From Candidatus Altiarchaeota archaeon (GTDB taxonomy: Archaea; Altiarchaeota; Altiarchaeia; IMC4; SCGC-AAA252-I15): a DNA stretch of 64,000 nt. Under the pieces are notes generated by a model, which had not been told where the DNA came from, did not search any database, and saw only the letters and a list, made by a program, of their open reading frames with translations. Positions 47,316 through 58,260 of the stretch are shown here, piece after piece. The translations under genes were made by a program, and so were the position numbers. The stretch covers positions 96,001-160,000 of the forward strand of contig JBDRLL010000010.1 of the NCBI GenBank assembly GCA_043813075.1, written 5' to 3'. The first letter of the stretch is position 1. Each line of letters opens with the position of its first letter.

Positions 47316-47692
47316 ATCAGGTGTGATTCGCAGCGGATGCTGCATGAGCAGTAGTTGCCGCCATTCTGGTCGTACTTCATGCCATCATCGCATCTGAACA
47401 CGCTTCCAGGAGACCTGCCCTCGCACTCACTGCCTTTGGAGCAGACCAAGCCGATTTCCGGCTGGCAGTACTCATTGCATTCGCAGTTGAAGCTGCCCTC
47501 AAGGTCTTCCTCCATCCGCTTGTCGCATATATAGCTGTCTCCGGGATTCTTGCCGTCGCATGTGTTTCCAGAGGAACAGACTGTTATAGCGCCTCCAGTG
47601 ACTGAAGGCCGGCTGACCCTAACATAGCTCATAGCGAAAAGAGAGAAAACAATCGGTATGAGCATGAAGAGGATTATCCGATTGTCTTTCAT
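47312..47692 (-). CDS. Small membrane-anchored protein with two Cys-rich repeats
   Basis: N-terminal TM; CSSGNTCDGKNPG..C..CECNEYC and CSKGSECEGRSPG..C..CSCSIRC. Confidence 0.72.
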   Translation of the reverse strand: MKDNRIILFMLIPIVFSLFAMSYVRVSRPSVTGGAITVCSSGNTCDGKNPGDSYICDKRMEEDLEGSFNCECNEYCQPEIGLVCSKGSECEGRSPGSVFRCDDGMKYDQNGGNYCSCSIRCESHLI

Positions 47693-47770
47693 GTTTATTA
47701 ACGGGATAAATGAGTTTAAAAGCGTTTATAAGGCTTTTTCAGGGGTTTATGGCCTGTCTTATGCTGCGTG

Positions 47771-47778
47771 AAAAAAAA
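47771..47778 (-). terminator. Putative oligo-T terminator after gap
   Basis: A8 on the plus strand (T8 on minus), 20 bp after the gap stop. Confidence 0.4.
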
Positions 47779-47797
47779 GGGGTGGTTGCGGGGTGTT

Positions 47798-48811
<1,014 letters not shown>

Positions 48812-48917
48812 CTATGTATTTACCCGCTCCTCTAAAAATCCTTTATAACCCCTATTTTTAAGCATCTACTCCCAATATCTCCATACGAGGGGTGGTCTGG
48901 TATGAAGAGGCTGGGCA

Positions 48918-49613
48918 ATGGAGAGACTGGACGAGCTAGTGGAGTCAGAAGACAGCACATGGAAGGATATCCTTCACGAAGTGCTGAAGGGCATGGACCC
49001 CTGGGATATTAACCTGGCAGAGCTGGCAACCCGTTATTCTAAGAGAGTCGATGAGATGCGGGAGATGAACTTCCGCATTCCGGCGAACGTCATACTAGTC
49101 TGCTCCGTGTTATTAAGGATGAAGGCTGACATACTCACCCCCCGGCCGAAGGAATACACTGATTTTGCCACGTCATTCGACTTCATATTCAACAGCTCCT
49201 ACCCTACCGCGGCGTTGGTCTCGTCTGAGACGGAGCCGTATCCCATATCCATAAAACCAACAAGGAGCCTGACCCGCCGGGTTACTGCTGAAGAGTTGAT
49301 AGAAGCCATCCAGAGCGCGCTGACAGAACGGGGTAGGGCTAAGTCCAGGATGGTTGAAGTCAGGGATGATGGCGGCCGTGTGCGTGAGATTGTTATCGAG
49401 CCGGAAGTCAACATGCTCGTTGTTATAGAGTCAACCTACAAGCGTATTATGGAGATTCTGTCTGCGAAAGAGGTGGCTTTGTTCTCTGACATCGCAAAGA
49501 CCCGTGACGAGATAATGTCAACGTTCCTGTCCCTGCTCCACCTGTCAAATGACATGAAGATAATGCTGAATCAGGAGCAATTGTTCGGGGAGATATATAT
49601 AAAGCATATGTAA
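48918..49613 (+). CDS. scpA: Segregation/condensation protein A (kleisin)
   Basis: MDPWDINL, LLRMKA, RRVT..ELI.A, TFLSLLHL, QEQLFGEI. Confidence 0.9.
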   Translation: MERLDELVESEDSTWKDILHEVLKGMDPWDINLAELATRYSKRVDEMREMNFRIPANVILVCSVLLRMKADILTPRPKEYTDFATSFDFIFNSSYPTAALVSSETEPYPISIKPTRSLTRRVTAEELIEAIQSALTERGRAKSRMVEVRDDGGRVREIVIEPEVNMLVVIESTYKRIMEILSAKEVALFSDIAKTRDEIMSTFLSLLHLSNDMKIMLNQEQLFGEIYIKHM

Positions 49614-49679
49614 CTATTTTTAGGCTGCTTTTTAATGAGTAATACATTATATTGTAAACCAATTTTGAGTGTAAAAAAG

Positions 49680-50102
49680 ATGACTGTTTTGAACTATCGG
49701 ATAAGCAAGGTTGTCGGAGAGCGTCATGACAAGAAGGTTAAGAGTGTTGAAGTGAACGCCAATTCGACGATAATCTCCATCAAGAAGATGAATGACAAGA
49801 GGGTTGGTGATTATCTGCTGGTGAACTTCCGCTATGACGTGGAATACGGTCCTGGAGTGGGATTGATCCAGATGGTCGGTAGCTTATGGTACACTAACCC
49901 AAAGCTGAATACCGTCTACAGCGAGGAGAAGGACCGGATTGAATTGAAGAAGGACGCTATGGTTGAGTTGTCAAACGCCATAATACAGGAGAGCATAATA
50001 GAGGCAATAGCCCTGTCAAAGAGGCTTGGCCTGCCAGTGCCACTCCAGTTGCCGACAGTGAATGTAAAGCAGGATAAGATCCGGTTTCCGAAGGCAAGCT
50101 GA
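49680..50102 (+). CDS. Conserved archaeal hypothetical protein
   Basis: F.YDVEY...I...G pattern and C-terminal GLPVPLQLP motif; ATG at 49680 preferred. Confidence 0.7.
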   Translation: MTVLNYRISKVVGERHDKKVKSVEVNANSTIISIKKMNDKRVGDYLLVNFRYDVEYGPGVGLIQMVGSLWYTNPKLNTVYSEEKDRIELKKDAMVELSNAIIQESIIEAIALSKRLGLPVPLQLPTVNVKQDKIRFPKAS

Positions 50103-50110
50103 ATGCTAAA

Positions 50111-50293
50111 ATGGAGTCCGAAGGTCTCTGCGACGTCTGCGGAGCGCCCAACGCGACATACACGTGCATGCTCTGCGGAAAGAGGGTATGTCCTAGATGC
50201 CTTACCGTGGGTGGGGCATGCCGGTTGTGTGTTGAAGGGCGTGTTGCACCAGACTTTAGGGAGCCTGGACCTAAAGGCCCCATACTCAAGTAA
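50111..50293 (+). CDS. Small zinc-finger protein (4 x CxxC)
   Basis: CDVC..CMLC..CPRC..CRLC in 60 aa; co-oriented with the upstream gene. Confidence 0.75.
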   Translation: MESEGLCDVCGAPNATYTCMLCGKRVCPRCLTVGGACRLCVEGRVAPDFREPGPKGPILK

Positions 50294-50295
50294 TC

Positions 50296-51570
50296 CTATG
50301 GCCTGTATTGTATGACTGGGTCTGTCCCTGGGGGCATGACTGTCATTATTTTCTTTGCTTGCTCCGGGTATTTTGATATGAACCTCATCTCATCTTCTGT
50401 TACAGGCTTCTGGGTGTGGACGTTCGCATATCTTACTAGTTCCAGTATCTTTTTGGCGTGTTCGTCGTCCTTGAATTTTAGTTCGAACTTGCCTGCCACG
50501 TTCTTGAAGCCTTTTATCCCAGAGTATTCGCCTGTTGTTATGAGTCTGCCTGTCTCTACCTGCTCTATGTGTCCCCTACCCACCTCATGGTGGTCGTAGA
50601 GCTCGTAGTTCCGGTGGTCTTTAAGCGCGCCGTCCGCGTGTATGCCTGACTCGTGGGCGAACGCGTTGTCTCCTATGGCCGGCTGGTTTATGGGTATCGG
50701 CACCCGCATTGATATTGAGGCGTACCTGCATATCTTCCAGGACTGCGTGAGGTCTATCTTCTCAGCGAAATGGTATTTGCCTTCAAATCCGCTGGCCTTC
50801 CTTATTGCGAGTATTACTGAAACCAGGTCTGCGTTGCCTGCGCGTTCTCCAAGGCCGTTTATCGTGGTGTTGACGTATGCGTCCACACCCCCGTCTATCG
50901 CCGCCTTTGCCCCTGCGACAGTTGTGGCTACCGCCATTCCCAGGTCGTTGTGGCAGTGGAGTTCTATTGGCATCTTGACTTCTTCAGCCAGTCTTTTTAT
51001 CCTATCGTATATGCTGAACGGGTCGTCGTAGCCTAGTGTGTCGCAGTATCTGAGTCTTACCGCCCCTGCTTGTTTCGCGGCTTCAGCGAATTCTATTAGC
51101 CTATCTATCTCCGTCCTTGACGAGTCTTCCGCGTTGACTCCCACCTCTTTTGCCCCGAGTTCCAGTGAGAGTTTTGTCGCGCTGGTCATGTTGTCGATTA
51201 CGTCCTTCCAGACCATTTTGCCGCGGAATTTACCCTCAATCATCTGTCGTGAAGTGGATATGCTCAGGTTCAGGTATTTTATCTTGGGCGTCAGGCGGAA
51301 CGTGTCTTTAACGTCCTTTTCTATCGCGCGTATCCATCCTGAAAGCCTCATCTTGATGCGCCCCATCTCAGCCAGCTCCAGGTTCGCGTTCAGGTAGTTG
51401 GTCTCGTGCGGCGTGACTGGGAATCCGAACTCGCTCTGGAATACGCCCATGTCATTCAGATAAAGGTTTATCATGGTCTTCTCGAGCTTTGCGAGGCCTA
51501 GCCTGGACGTCTGCACCCCATCCCTGTTAGTAACGTCTATAACGTGTATCCTATTCCTACTCTTTGCCAT
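50296..51570 (-). CDS. DRE-TIM metallolyase, homocitrate/Re-citrate synthase family
   Basis: DVTNRDGVQ, NAEDSSR, YCDTLG, HCHNDLGMA, GLGERAGN, HESGIH. Confidence 0.9.
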   Translation of the reverse strand: MAKSRNRIHVIDVTNRDGVQTSRLGLAKLEKTMINLYLNDMGVFQSEFGFPVTPHETNYLNANLELAEMGRIKMRLSGWIRAIEKDVKDTFRLTPKIKYLNLSISTSRQMIEGKFRGKMVWKDVIDNMTSATKLSLELGAKEVGVNAEDSSRTEIDRLIEFAEAAKQAGAVRLRYCDTLGYDDPFSIYDRIKRLAEEVKMPIELHCHNDLGMAVATTVAGAKAAIDGGVDAYVNTTINGLGERAGNADLVSVILAIRKASGFEGKYHFAEKIDLTQSWKICRYASISMRVPIPINQPAIGDNAFAHESGIHADGALKDHRNYELYDHHEVGRGHIEQVETGRLITTGEYSGIKGFKNVAGKFELKFKDDEHAKKILELVRYANVHTQKPVTEDEMRFISKYPEQAKKIMTVMPPGTDPVIQYRP

Positions 51571-51717
51571 TTTGAAATATCTTCACATATATTGTCATTT
51601 TTTATTTAAATATCCATTTTTCATGGGATTATTTGATTAAATATTAATTTTTTCCCAATAGAACGTGTGTCTTTTGATTTAGGGGGCTGGGGGCGGCGTT
51701 GACGAGGCTGGACTTTT

Positions 51718-51741
51718 ATCCCGCTGAGGCTGGCGGGATAT
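51718..51741 (-). terminator. Hairpin immediately after the wHTH gene
   Basis: tatcccgc-tgaggctg-gcgggata, 8-bp stem adjoining the stop at 51741. Confidence 0.35.
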
Positions 51742-52007
51742 TATTTGCACGCCACCCCCAGAAGCTTGCTTAGGGTGCTGGTCTTGCCGTTCTTCTTAAG
51801 GCGGTATAGTTTTATCCCGCCTATCTTCAATGTCTCCGCAATCTCCTGTTTCACAAGGACCTTCACTATCCTTGATGTCGTGGCTATCGGCACCCTCGAC
51901 TTCTTGGAGAGCTTGTTCAAGTGGTAGAGTTCTGTCTTGTCCTTCATCAATGCATTCATTATCCTGATTATCTTGTCGTCTACTATGCCGTCCAAGACAG
52001 TCTCCAT
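51741..52007 (-). CDS. Small winged helix-turn-helix protein
   Basis: YHLNKLSKKSRVPIATTSRIVKVL (HTH) followed by IGGIKLYRL (wing). Confidence 0.8.
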   Translation of the reverse strand: METVLDGIVDDKIIRIMNALMKDKTELYHLNKLSKKSRVPIATTSRIVKVLVKQEIAETLKIGGIKLYRLKKNGKTSTLSKLLGVACK

Positions 52008-52067
52008 TGAAATATATTAAATTCAAGTATATAAATGTTATCAAAAATGGAAAATATACACCAAAAA

Positions 52068-52793
52068 TCATAAATCCTTGTCAAATATGGAATTTAGGGT
52101 TCCGAAGTACATTATCTCCCCGTTTTCCACCCCATAGGCCCTGAAATCCCGGATGTCTCCCCGCAGCAGCGGGGACAACAGCCTTTCCTGTGTCACATCA
52201 ACGCCTTCTGTCAGGAAATTGAGGGACGGCAATACTATCAGGTCCAGGCCCTCCCATTCCCCAGCGAGGAAGCTCTTGACCCTCTCGACCCTGCCTTCCT
52301 CCCTCAAGCCTATGCAAGGGTGCTCATGGCCGACAACAATTGTTTCTATGCCGTCAGTGTCTTCCGGGATTTTATGGCCATGCACAAACAGTGTAGTGCC
52401 TAACCTGAGTTCTTCGACGACCTTCACACCCTTCCTGTCTGCTATGGGACCGATTACGGTGTCATGGTTTCCCCTGACGAGCGTCACGTCATAGTCCTTC
52501 AGCTCGTCGAGGAACTTGAGGACCTCATCCCATTCCTGCCTGCTTATCCCCCCGAACTCGTGTTTCAAGTCCCCGTTTATCACTATCCTCTCCGGCTCTA
52601 CCATGCTGACTGCCTCCCTTATGTGGGATACGATGTCCGCGTACTGGAAGTGTGGCACTAGGACACCCTGCTTGTTCAAAGCCTCCTCATAGCCCAGGTG
52701 GGTGTCGGCGAAAGCCAGCGTACTGTATTCGTTGACGTGGAGCGTTAGCCCCACAATATTGAACCCTGGTTTCAAGCTCATCAAGTCCATCAC
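52068..52793 (-). CDS. Lhr-associated metallophosphoesterase
   Basis: ADTHLG, NGDLKH, RGNHD, HGH, GHEHP. Confidence 0.92.
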   Translation of the reverse strand: MMDLMSLKPGFNIVGLTLHVNEYSTLAFADTHLGYEEALNKQGVLVPHFQYADIVSHIREAVSMVEPERIVINGDLKHEFGGISRQEWDEVLKFLDELKDYDVTLVRGNHDTVIGPIADRKGVKVVEELRLGTTLFVHGHKIPEDTDGIETIVVGHEHPCIGLREEGRVERVKSFLAGEWEGLDLIVLPSLNFLTEGVDVTQERLLSPLLRGDIRDFRAYGVENGEIMYFGTLNSIFDKDL

Positions 52794-55354
52794 GCAATCC
52801 TCTCCAGCAACGCTTCATGCATCCTCCTTATGAACTCCTGCCTGTCCTCAGTCCTCAGCACGTCCATGTAGCCCCTGCCTATCAGGTTAAGGGCGAATGG
52901 CGTTGGAATATCCGTGTTGATCTCATCCACCTCTATGTCCCCCGAAATGATTTTCGAAAGCACTTCCTCAGCGTTCTTCACGTCCATCAGGTCTTCCATG
53001 ACCTCCCTCCTAGCCTCTTCGAGTATGGGGAAGTGCGAGTCCACCTTCTTCACGAAACTCAGGAGTATCCTGCTGCCCATCTGCTGCTTTCCAACGCTCT
53101 TGGTCCTACCCTTATAGTTCCTCAACATCATCATGCTGCGTGTCGCACAGTGCCTGAACCTCCTCAGCAAGACTTCAGTCTTGTCTATCGACTCCACAAG
53201 AGTCTCCCTTAAGTTTCCGGGCCCAAGACTATTGAAGGCGTTCGCAGCCTGCACTTTGCCGCTCAGCGTGAGATAGAATCCGTTGTCTGACAGGCTTATC
53301 GCAACGTTCTTCCGCTCCTTCTTGGCTATCACATAAGCCACCGCGCGGGATAGCGCGTCATTAACCCTCCTCCCAAACAGGCTGTGGAATACTATGTACC
53401 TCTTCTTGAACGCCTGATTGTACTCTATCAATATCCTCCTGTCGTGGGGTATCATCGAATACTTGTACTGCTCCCTGAAGTACTCGTACACGCTCTCCAC
53501 CGTGTTGGCGTCAGCGTAAAGATAATTGTGCAGCCACCCGCACACCTCCCTCTTAGGGGAATCCATCCTCTCCTCCATAAGCCGCCTGAACCTCTGTATC
53601 TCAGACGCGAGACCGTAGCTTAGGGGCAGCGACTCGCTGAACCAGGAGGGGACTGTCGGCGGCCCCGCGTCCGGCGAAACCTGGCACGTCATGCCCCTGC
53701 AGTACTTGAACTTGTATATGCTCCCCCCCAGCACGAATATGTCCCCCTTGCTCAGGCGCTCCAGGAAACCCTCATCCAGCTTCCCCACCTTATGCTCACC
53801 CACCTTGACTGTGACGTACGATTCGTCAGGTATGGTGCCTATGTTCATGGAGTATATGGGCCTCGCCATCCTCCCCCTCTTGCCGATCATTTTGGTATCC
53901 TCGTCTAGCCATATTTTTGCGTAGACGCTTCTCTGCTCCAGCTCGACGTATCCCCCCGCAAGGTAATTTATCACTGAATCGTAGTCTTCTCTCCTAAGGT
54001 TTCTGTAGCAGTAGCTCCTCCTGACCATCTCATAGACGTTGTCCACGTGTTCGACGTTTGACACCGCTATCCCATATATCTGCTGTGCCAGCACGTCCAG
54101 GCAGTTTTCAGGTATGTTTATCTCGTCTATCCTGCCTTCCAGCGCATTCTTAAGCAGTACCGAGCATTCCACCAGGTCGTCCCGGTCCAGGACTATTATC
54201 CTGCCCTTGGATTTTTCATGCAACTGGTGTCCTGACCTGCCTATCCTCTGGAGGGCTCTCGCAACGCTCTTCGGCGACCCGAGCAGCACGACAAGGTCTA
54301 TGTATCCGATGTCTATTCCCAATTCAAGGCTTGTGGACGAGACGACGACCTTAAGCTCGCCCCTCTTGAGCCTGTCTTCAATGTCCAGCCGGTGTTCCGC
54401 GCTTAGGGAGCTGTGGTGCGCCCCGATGTTCTCCACGTATTTACCAGGGAACTTTGTTTTCAAGTGGTTTACCACCCTCTCCGTCCCAGACCTCGTGTTG
54501 GTGAAGATTAGCGTCGTCTTGTGCTGTTGTATAAGGTCGTCGAGCAGGTTGTAGAGTGCCTTATGCATCTCGTCCTGTGTTGCAGTCATTATGTTCGGCA
54601 CGGGGCTCAGGACTTTTATGTCCAGCTCCTTTATGTATCTGACGTCAACTATCCTGCAGTCCCTCGGCTCTCCCCTCTCGTATCCTACAACGTATTCAGC
54701 CACCTTCTCAAGGGGGTGTATGGTGGCGCTTAACCCTATCCTGGTGAACCTTCCAGCAAGGTTCTGGAGCCTCTCTACGCTTATGCTCAAGTCCACCCCC
54801 CTCTTGTTTTCCGCGAGGGCGTGAACCTCGTCCATTATGAACCACTTGACGTCAGCAAGCCTCTGGCTGAACTTCGGGGACGCGAGCATTAGGGCGAGGC
54901 TTTCCGGGGTGGTTATTAGTATGTGCGGCGGTTTTTTCAGCATCCTGCTTCTGGCGCTCTGCGTGGTGTCTCCAGTGCGCACCATGACTCTTATGCCAAA
55001 ATCTTTGTCTGACTGCTCTTCTATCTCCCTCAGCGGCTCGTTAAGGTTCTTCTCTATGTCGTTGTTCAACGCCTTCAGCGGAGAAACGTAGATGCAGTAA
55101 ACCTTGTCCTCCAGGTCTCCGATGAGGGACCATGTTATAAGCTTGTTTAGCACGCTCATGAAGGCTGTCAGCGTCTTCCCGCTACCGGTGGGCGCGCTTA
55201 CGAGCGTGTTCCTACCCCTCATTATGTTGGGCACAGCATACAACTGCGGTTTGGCGAATCCGGTGAAACGTCCTGTGAACCAATCCCTGACGACCGGGTG
55301 CAGCTCCCTGAGTATCTCATCGTCGGTGTACAACTCCTTCTCGTGCTCTATCAT
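52790..55354 (-). CDS. lhr: Lhr-family ATP-dependent helicase
   Basis: [43 protein letters not shown]. Confidence 0.94.
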   Translation of the reverse strand: MIEHEKELYTDDEILRELHPVVRDWFTGRFTGFAKPQLYAVPNIMRGRNTLVSAPTGSGKTLTAFMSVLNKLITWSLIGDLEDKVYCIYVSPLKALNNDIEKNLNEPLREIEEQSDKDFGIRVMVRTGDTTQSARSRMLKKPPHILITTPESLALMLASPKFSQRLADVKWFIMDEVHALAENKRGVDLSISVERLQNLAGRFTRIGLSATIHPLEKVAEYVVGYERGEPRDCRIVDVRYIKELDIKVLSPVPNIMTATQDEMHKALYNLLDDLIQQHKTTLIFTNTRSGTERVVNHLKTKFPGKYVENIGAHHSSLSAEHRLDIEDRLKRGELKVVVSSTSLELGIDIGYIDLVVLLGSPKSVARALQRIGRSGHQLHEKSKGRIIVLDRDDLVECSVLLKNALEGRIDEINIPENCLDVLAQQIYGIAVSNVEHVDNVYEMVRRSYCYRNLRREDYDSVINYLAGGYVELEQRSVYAKIWLDEDTKMIGKRGRMARPIYSMNIGTIPDESYVTVKVGEHKVGKLDEGFLERLSKGDIFVLGGSIYKFKYCRGMTCQVSPDAGPPTVPSWFSESLPLSYGLASEIQRFRRLMEERMDSPKREVCGWLHNYLYADANTVESVYEYFREQYKYSMIPHDRRILIEYNQAFKKRYIVFHSLFGRRVNDALSRAVAYVIAKKERKNVAISLSDNGFYLTLSGKVQAANAFNSLGPGNLRETLVESIDKTEVLLRRFRHCATRSMMMLRNYKGRTKSVGKQQMGSRILLSFVKKVDSHFPILEEARREVMEDLMDVKNAEEVLSKIISGDIEVDEINTDIPTPFALNLIGRGYMDVLRTEDRQEFIRRMHEALLERIA

Positions 55355-55388
55355 CGACTTAAATAAACTAAAGACGTATATATAAACA

Positions 55389-55503
55389 GAGGGGTTGGAG
55401 GCTCAAACGTAAATCAAACACGGTCTGTGACCGCCCTCTCGAGTCCTTCAATGAAGGTGGACGGCGGGACAGGCAAAATATTTAACGGCAGAACCAACCC
55501 CTC
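55389..55503 (+). ncRNA. Candidate ~115-nt structured RNA of unknown family
   Basis: 10-bp closing stem gaggggttgg/ccaacccctc, large A-rich internal loop, inner stems gtctgt/acaggc, ccgcc/ggcgg and ccttc/gaagg; TTAAATA about 25 bp upstream. Confidence 0.4.
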
Positions 55504-55522
55504 ACTCAAGATAACCCTCTAA

Positions 55523-55728
55523 TCAGGCGTCAACGTCAATATTCTGCCCTAACCCGTCTTCTCCCTGCTTCCTCCTATGTTCAATGTTCAGCGGGCTTGG
55601 CTTTAGGGAGCTTCTCGGCGGCACGACGTTCTTCCTCATCAGGGTCTCCATGGCCCCCTGACCTCTCTAGCTGGCTGTGGTGGCGTTATCCCCTCAACCT
55701 TCCTGCCGTCCACTCTCCTGACTTCCAT
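55523..55728 (-). pseudogene. Possible small gene broken by two frameshifts
   Basis: Removing one G from the G5 run (55654-58) and one copy of the 7-bp tandem (55577-90) restores a 65-aa ORF ending GLGQNIDVDA. Confidence 0.4.
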
Positions 55729-55780
55729 ATGTTTAAATATAACGTAATTATTAACAATAAACTTCTTGGGGTGGTATGTT

Positions 55781-56230
55781 ATGGCAGAATTGATGAAGGG
55801 CGGCGACGTCGCCTCTACGGTAAAGAAACTCGTCTCCCTGGAAAATCAGGTCAAGGAATACAGCATCGACCTTACAGTGAACGAAGTATACGCGCTGGCA
55901 GGGCCCGGCAAGATTGATTTCAGTGGCAGGGAGTATGAGGAGCCCCGGCGGGTGAAGCTGGAGCCTAAGAAGAGTCCGGAAGACGAGTACGGGTGGTGGG
56001 AGTTGAGGCCAGGCAAGTATCTTGTGACGCTGAATGAGGTGGTGGAGAAGGTTGACGGCATCGGATTCATCTCCCCGCATCCGCGCCTGCTGAAGGTCGG
56101 CTGCACGCATGCCACGCTATTCACCCTTGAGTGGGGCAGTGAATATGTGATTCCTTTGACTGTGGGAGGCAATGGCTTGGAGCTGAAGGAGAACTCCAGG
56201 ATATCCAAGCTTTTGGTCTTGAAGCTCTAG
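55781..56230 (+). CDS. Trimeric dUTPase/dCTP deaminase family protein
   Basis: QV..SIDLTV, GKIDFSG, WWELRPGKY..NEVV; GGGGTGG RBS. Confidence 0.8.
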   Translation: MAELMKGGDVASTVKKLVSLENQVKEYSIDLTVNEVYALAGPGKIDFSGREYEEPRRVKLEPKKSPEDEYGWWELRPGKYLVTLNEVVEKVDGIGFISPHPRLLKVGCTHATLFTLEWGSEYVIPLTVGGNGLELKENSRISKLLVLKL

Positions 56231-57051
56231 TCGAGTTCGCCTTCCCCCTTCAGGACGTCGGGGTCGACGCCTTTCTGGCGGTCTATCATGCCCTTCTTGC
56301 TGACGAAGGCGTGCCTTAGGTTCAGTATGCCCTTCTCGTATTCGAAGGGCTCCTGATCCTCGAAGATGAATGGGGTGTTCTTCAAGTCAGGTATCCTCAT
56401 GAAGACGGGCGTCAGATGCCTTAGTGATATCTCCCCGAATCCTGGGAGCATGTGGGCGTCCTGATCCTGGAAGGTGTCCACCATGTGTATCACCCCGATG
56501 TGTTCTGCGACAGAATTGACTGCATCCGCCAGGGAATTCACATCCCTGCTCCACATGTAATAGTGGCTTGTGTCAAAGCATAATCTGGCTCCCGGCACAT
56601 CATCTATGAATGCGAGAAAGTCTTCCTTGTCTCTTATATGGCTCTCCTCGTCCGGCCTGTTCTCAAAGCATGCGAGCATCCCGTAGTCCCCGCACATTCT
56701 CACAAGATCCTTCGAGTGTCTTATCATATCCTCCTTCTTGTCCCTGTCGGAACTGTGGAAGACTATCCTGTCGGAATGCAGTCTGGAGGCGAATTCGATA
56801 GAGCTTCTGAAGAGCTCATGACCTCTCTTAGTGCCGAGGTCTGCCATCTCACCGCGTGTCGGGAATGGCGCGTGCACCGAGAAGTCAGCACCGAAATACT
56901 CTCTTAACTCCAGCAGCTCGTCCACATCCCCCTGGCTCACCTCCGGGTATATGGGCGAGATGTGCACGTGGTCGCTGTACCGTAGGCACATTTTCACGGC
57001 GTCAACGACACTCAAGTCCGGGAACGCGTAGGTGGCGAGGCCTATCCTCAT
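56227..57051 (-). CDS. Xylose-isomerase-like TIM barrel (sugar phosphate isomerase/epimerase family)
   Basis: SVHAP, VFH, FEN, CFDTSH, IHMVD, DAHMLPGFG, IFE. Confidence 0.85.
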   Translation of the reverse strand: MRIGLATYAFPDLSVVDAVKMCLRYSDHVHISPIYPEVSQGDVDELLELREYFGADFSVHAPFPTRGEMADLGTKRGHELFRSSIEFASRLHSDRIVFHSSDRDKKEDMIRHSKDLVRMCGDYGMLACFENRPDEESHIRDKEDFLAFIDDVPGARLCFDTSHYYMWSRDVNSLADAVNSVAEHIGVIHMVDTFQDQDAHMLPGFGEISLRHLTPVFMRIPDLKNTPFIFEDQEPFEYEKGILNLRHAFVSKKGMIDRQKGVDPDVLKGEGELD

Positions 57052-57076
57052 GGAATACTATGTGTCCCAACGGTTA

Positions 57077-58156
57077 TTATCCTTTACTCTTCCCCCTCTC
57101 CTCCAGGTGTCTCCTTAGGAATCTCTCTATCGCATCCCTGTGGGTGAATTGGGTGACGACGTGCTGCATTTTACCGTGTCCAGGGTGTCCTGGAGTCTCA
57201 ATCCACTCTACCCTTCCATATCCCTCAGTCAATATGCCCACGAACTCGTAGGCCTCCCCTTTTATTGTATCAACCCTCCTGAATACTGGGGACCCGCTGT
57301 CGCCGTTGAATGAGGATGTCGTCACTAGGGCGGATATGCTGGGGTCTGTGTTCGGATCATCCTTCGCCTTGGGGTACATCCTCCTGATGTCCTCCTGTCT
57401 GTAGGGGATTACCATGCCGCGTTCCTCCATGATGCTCTTACCTGCAGGTAATATGCTCTTGCCGAGTGGAACCCTCTTGGGGTCGTATTCCTTCACGCCG
57501 TGCTGTCTGTAGAACTCCTCCATGCCCTCGTAGAACTCGCTTCCCCCGTACACTAGATTGTACTCCTTATCGCTCACATTAACTCCGACAGGCCTTTCAA
57601 ACCTGGATACTACCTCTCCTGGACTTGGCTTTTCTGGTGACATGCTGAACACAACTCCCCCTGGTTCGCCCTGTTCAAAATCGAATCTCTGTCTTCGGAG
57701 TAGCGCGAGGTCTGCTTTTTCATCGCGCGCGACAACCTCGAATCTGCTCCTAAGCACTGCATACGTGCGTGTCACGCCAGGTTCAATCAAGTGTGTCTGT
57801 ATGATAAGCTCATCGGGTTTCTCGTCTACCATGTGGTTTGCTGTGATGAAATAGACCCCCTTGTCATCAATCGCCATTGCCATGCCCCTCTTAGACATGA
57901 TGGTGACCGGACCCTCCTTGCCTTCTACCTCTCTCGGACCCCTGACTTCAAAAAGCGATTTTTTTATGGTCTCCCTGTCTGTCCTGACTTTTCCAGGTGA
58001 CGCTAGAAATTCTCTCAGTATCCTCTCCAAAGGATCCTGCTCTTCCCCCGGGGCCTTCAGGTTCTCGGGATGCTGTGCGCTGGCGAGAGCCCCTACTTGT
58101 GATGCGACCGCTCCTGCAGCAACTCTTATAAGGAATTCTCTCCTGCTGATGGACAT
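57077..58156 (-). CDS. Tat-exported trypsin-like (S1) serine protease
   Basis: SRREFL twin-Arg signal; ITANH (His), DLALL (Asp), NGDSGSP (Ser). Confidence 0.8.
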   Translation of the reverse strand: MSISRREFLIRVAAGAVASQVGALASAQHPENLKAPGEEQDPLERILREFLASPGKVRTDRETIKKSLFEVRGPREVEGKEGPVTIMSKRGMAMAIDDKGVYFITANHMVDEKPDELIIQTHLIEPGVTRTYAVLRSRFEVVARDEKADLALLRRQRFDFEQGEPGGVVFSMSPEKPSPGEVVSRFERPVGVNVSDKEYNLVYGGSEFYEGMEEFYRQHGVKEYDPKRVPLGKSILPAGKSIMEERGMVIPYRQEDIRRMYPKAKDDPNTDPSISALVTTSSFNGDSGSPVFRRVDTIKGEAYEFVGILTEGYGRVEWIETPGHPGHGKMQHVVTQFTHRDAIERFLRRHLEERGKSKG

Positions 58157-58260
58157 GTAATGAATACGGGAAATACTGCAATAAAAGCCCTCCATAAAGC
58201 GTCTTCACTTTGGTTTAGTGGCGGCTGCCGTCTTCACCCCCCATCTCCCACAGGCCAGCG

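Noticed and set aside
52068-55354. Lhr plus metallophosphoesterase as a novel defence system
   Set aside because: It is a known conserved Lhr-MPE repair pairing.
55389-55503. 5S rRNA, SRP RNA or RNase P RNA
   Set aside because: The size resembles 5S, but the conserved signatures (5S loop C CGAAC, SRP helix 8 motif, RNase P P4) are not visible. Kept only as an unknown candidate.
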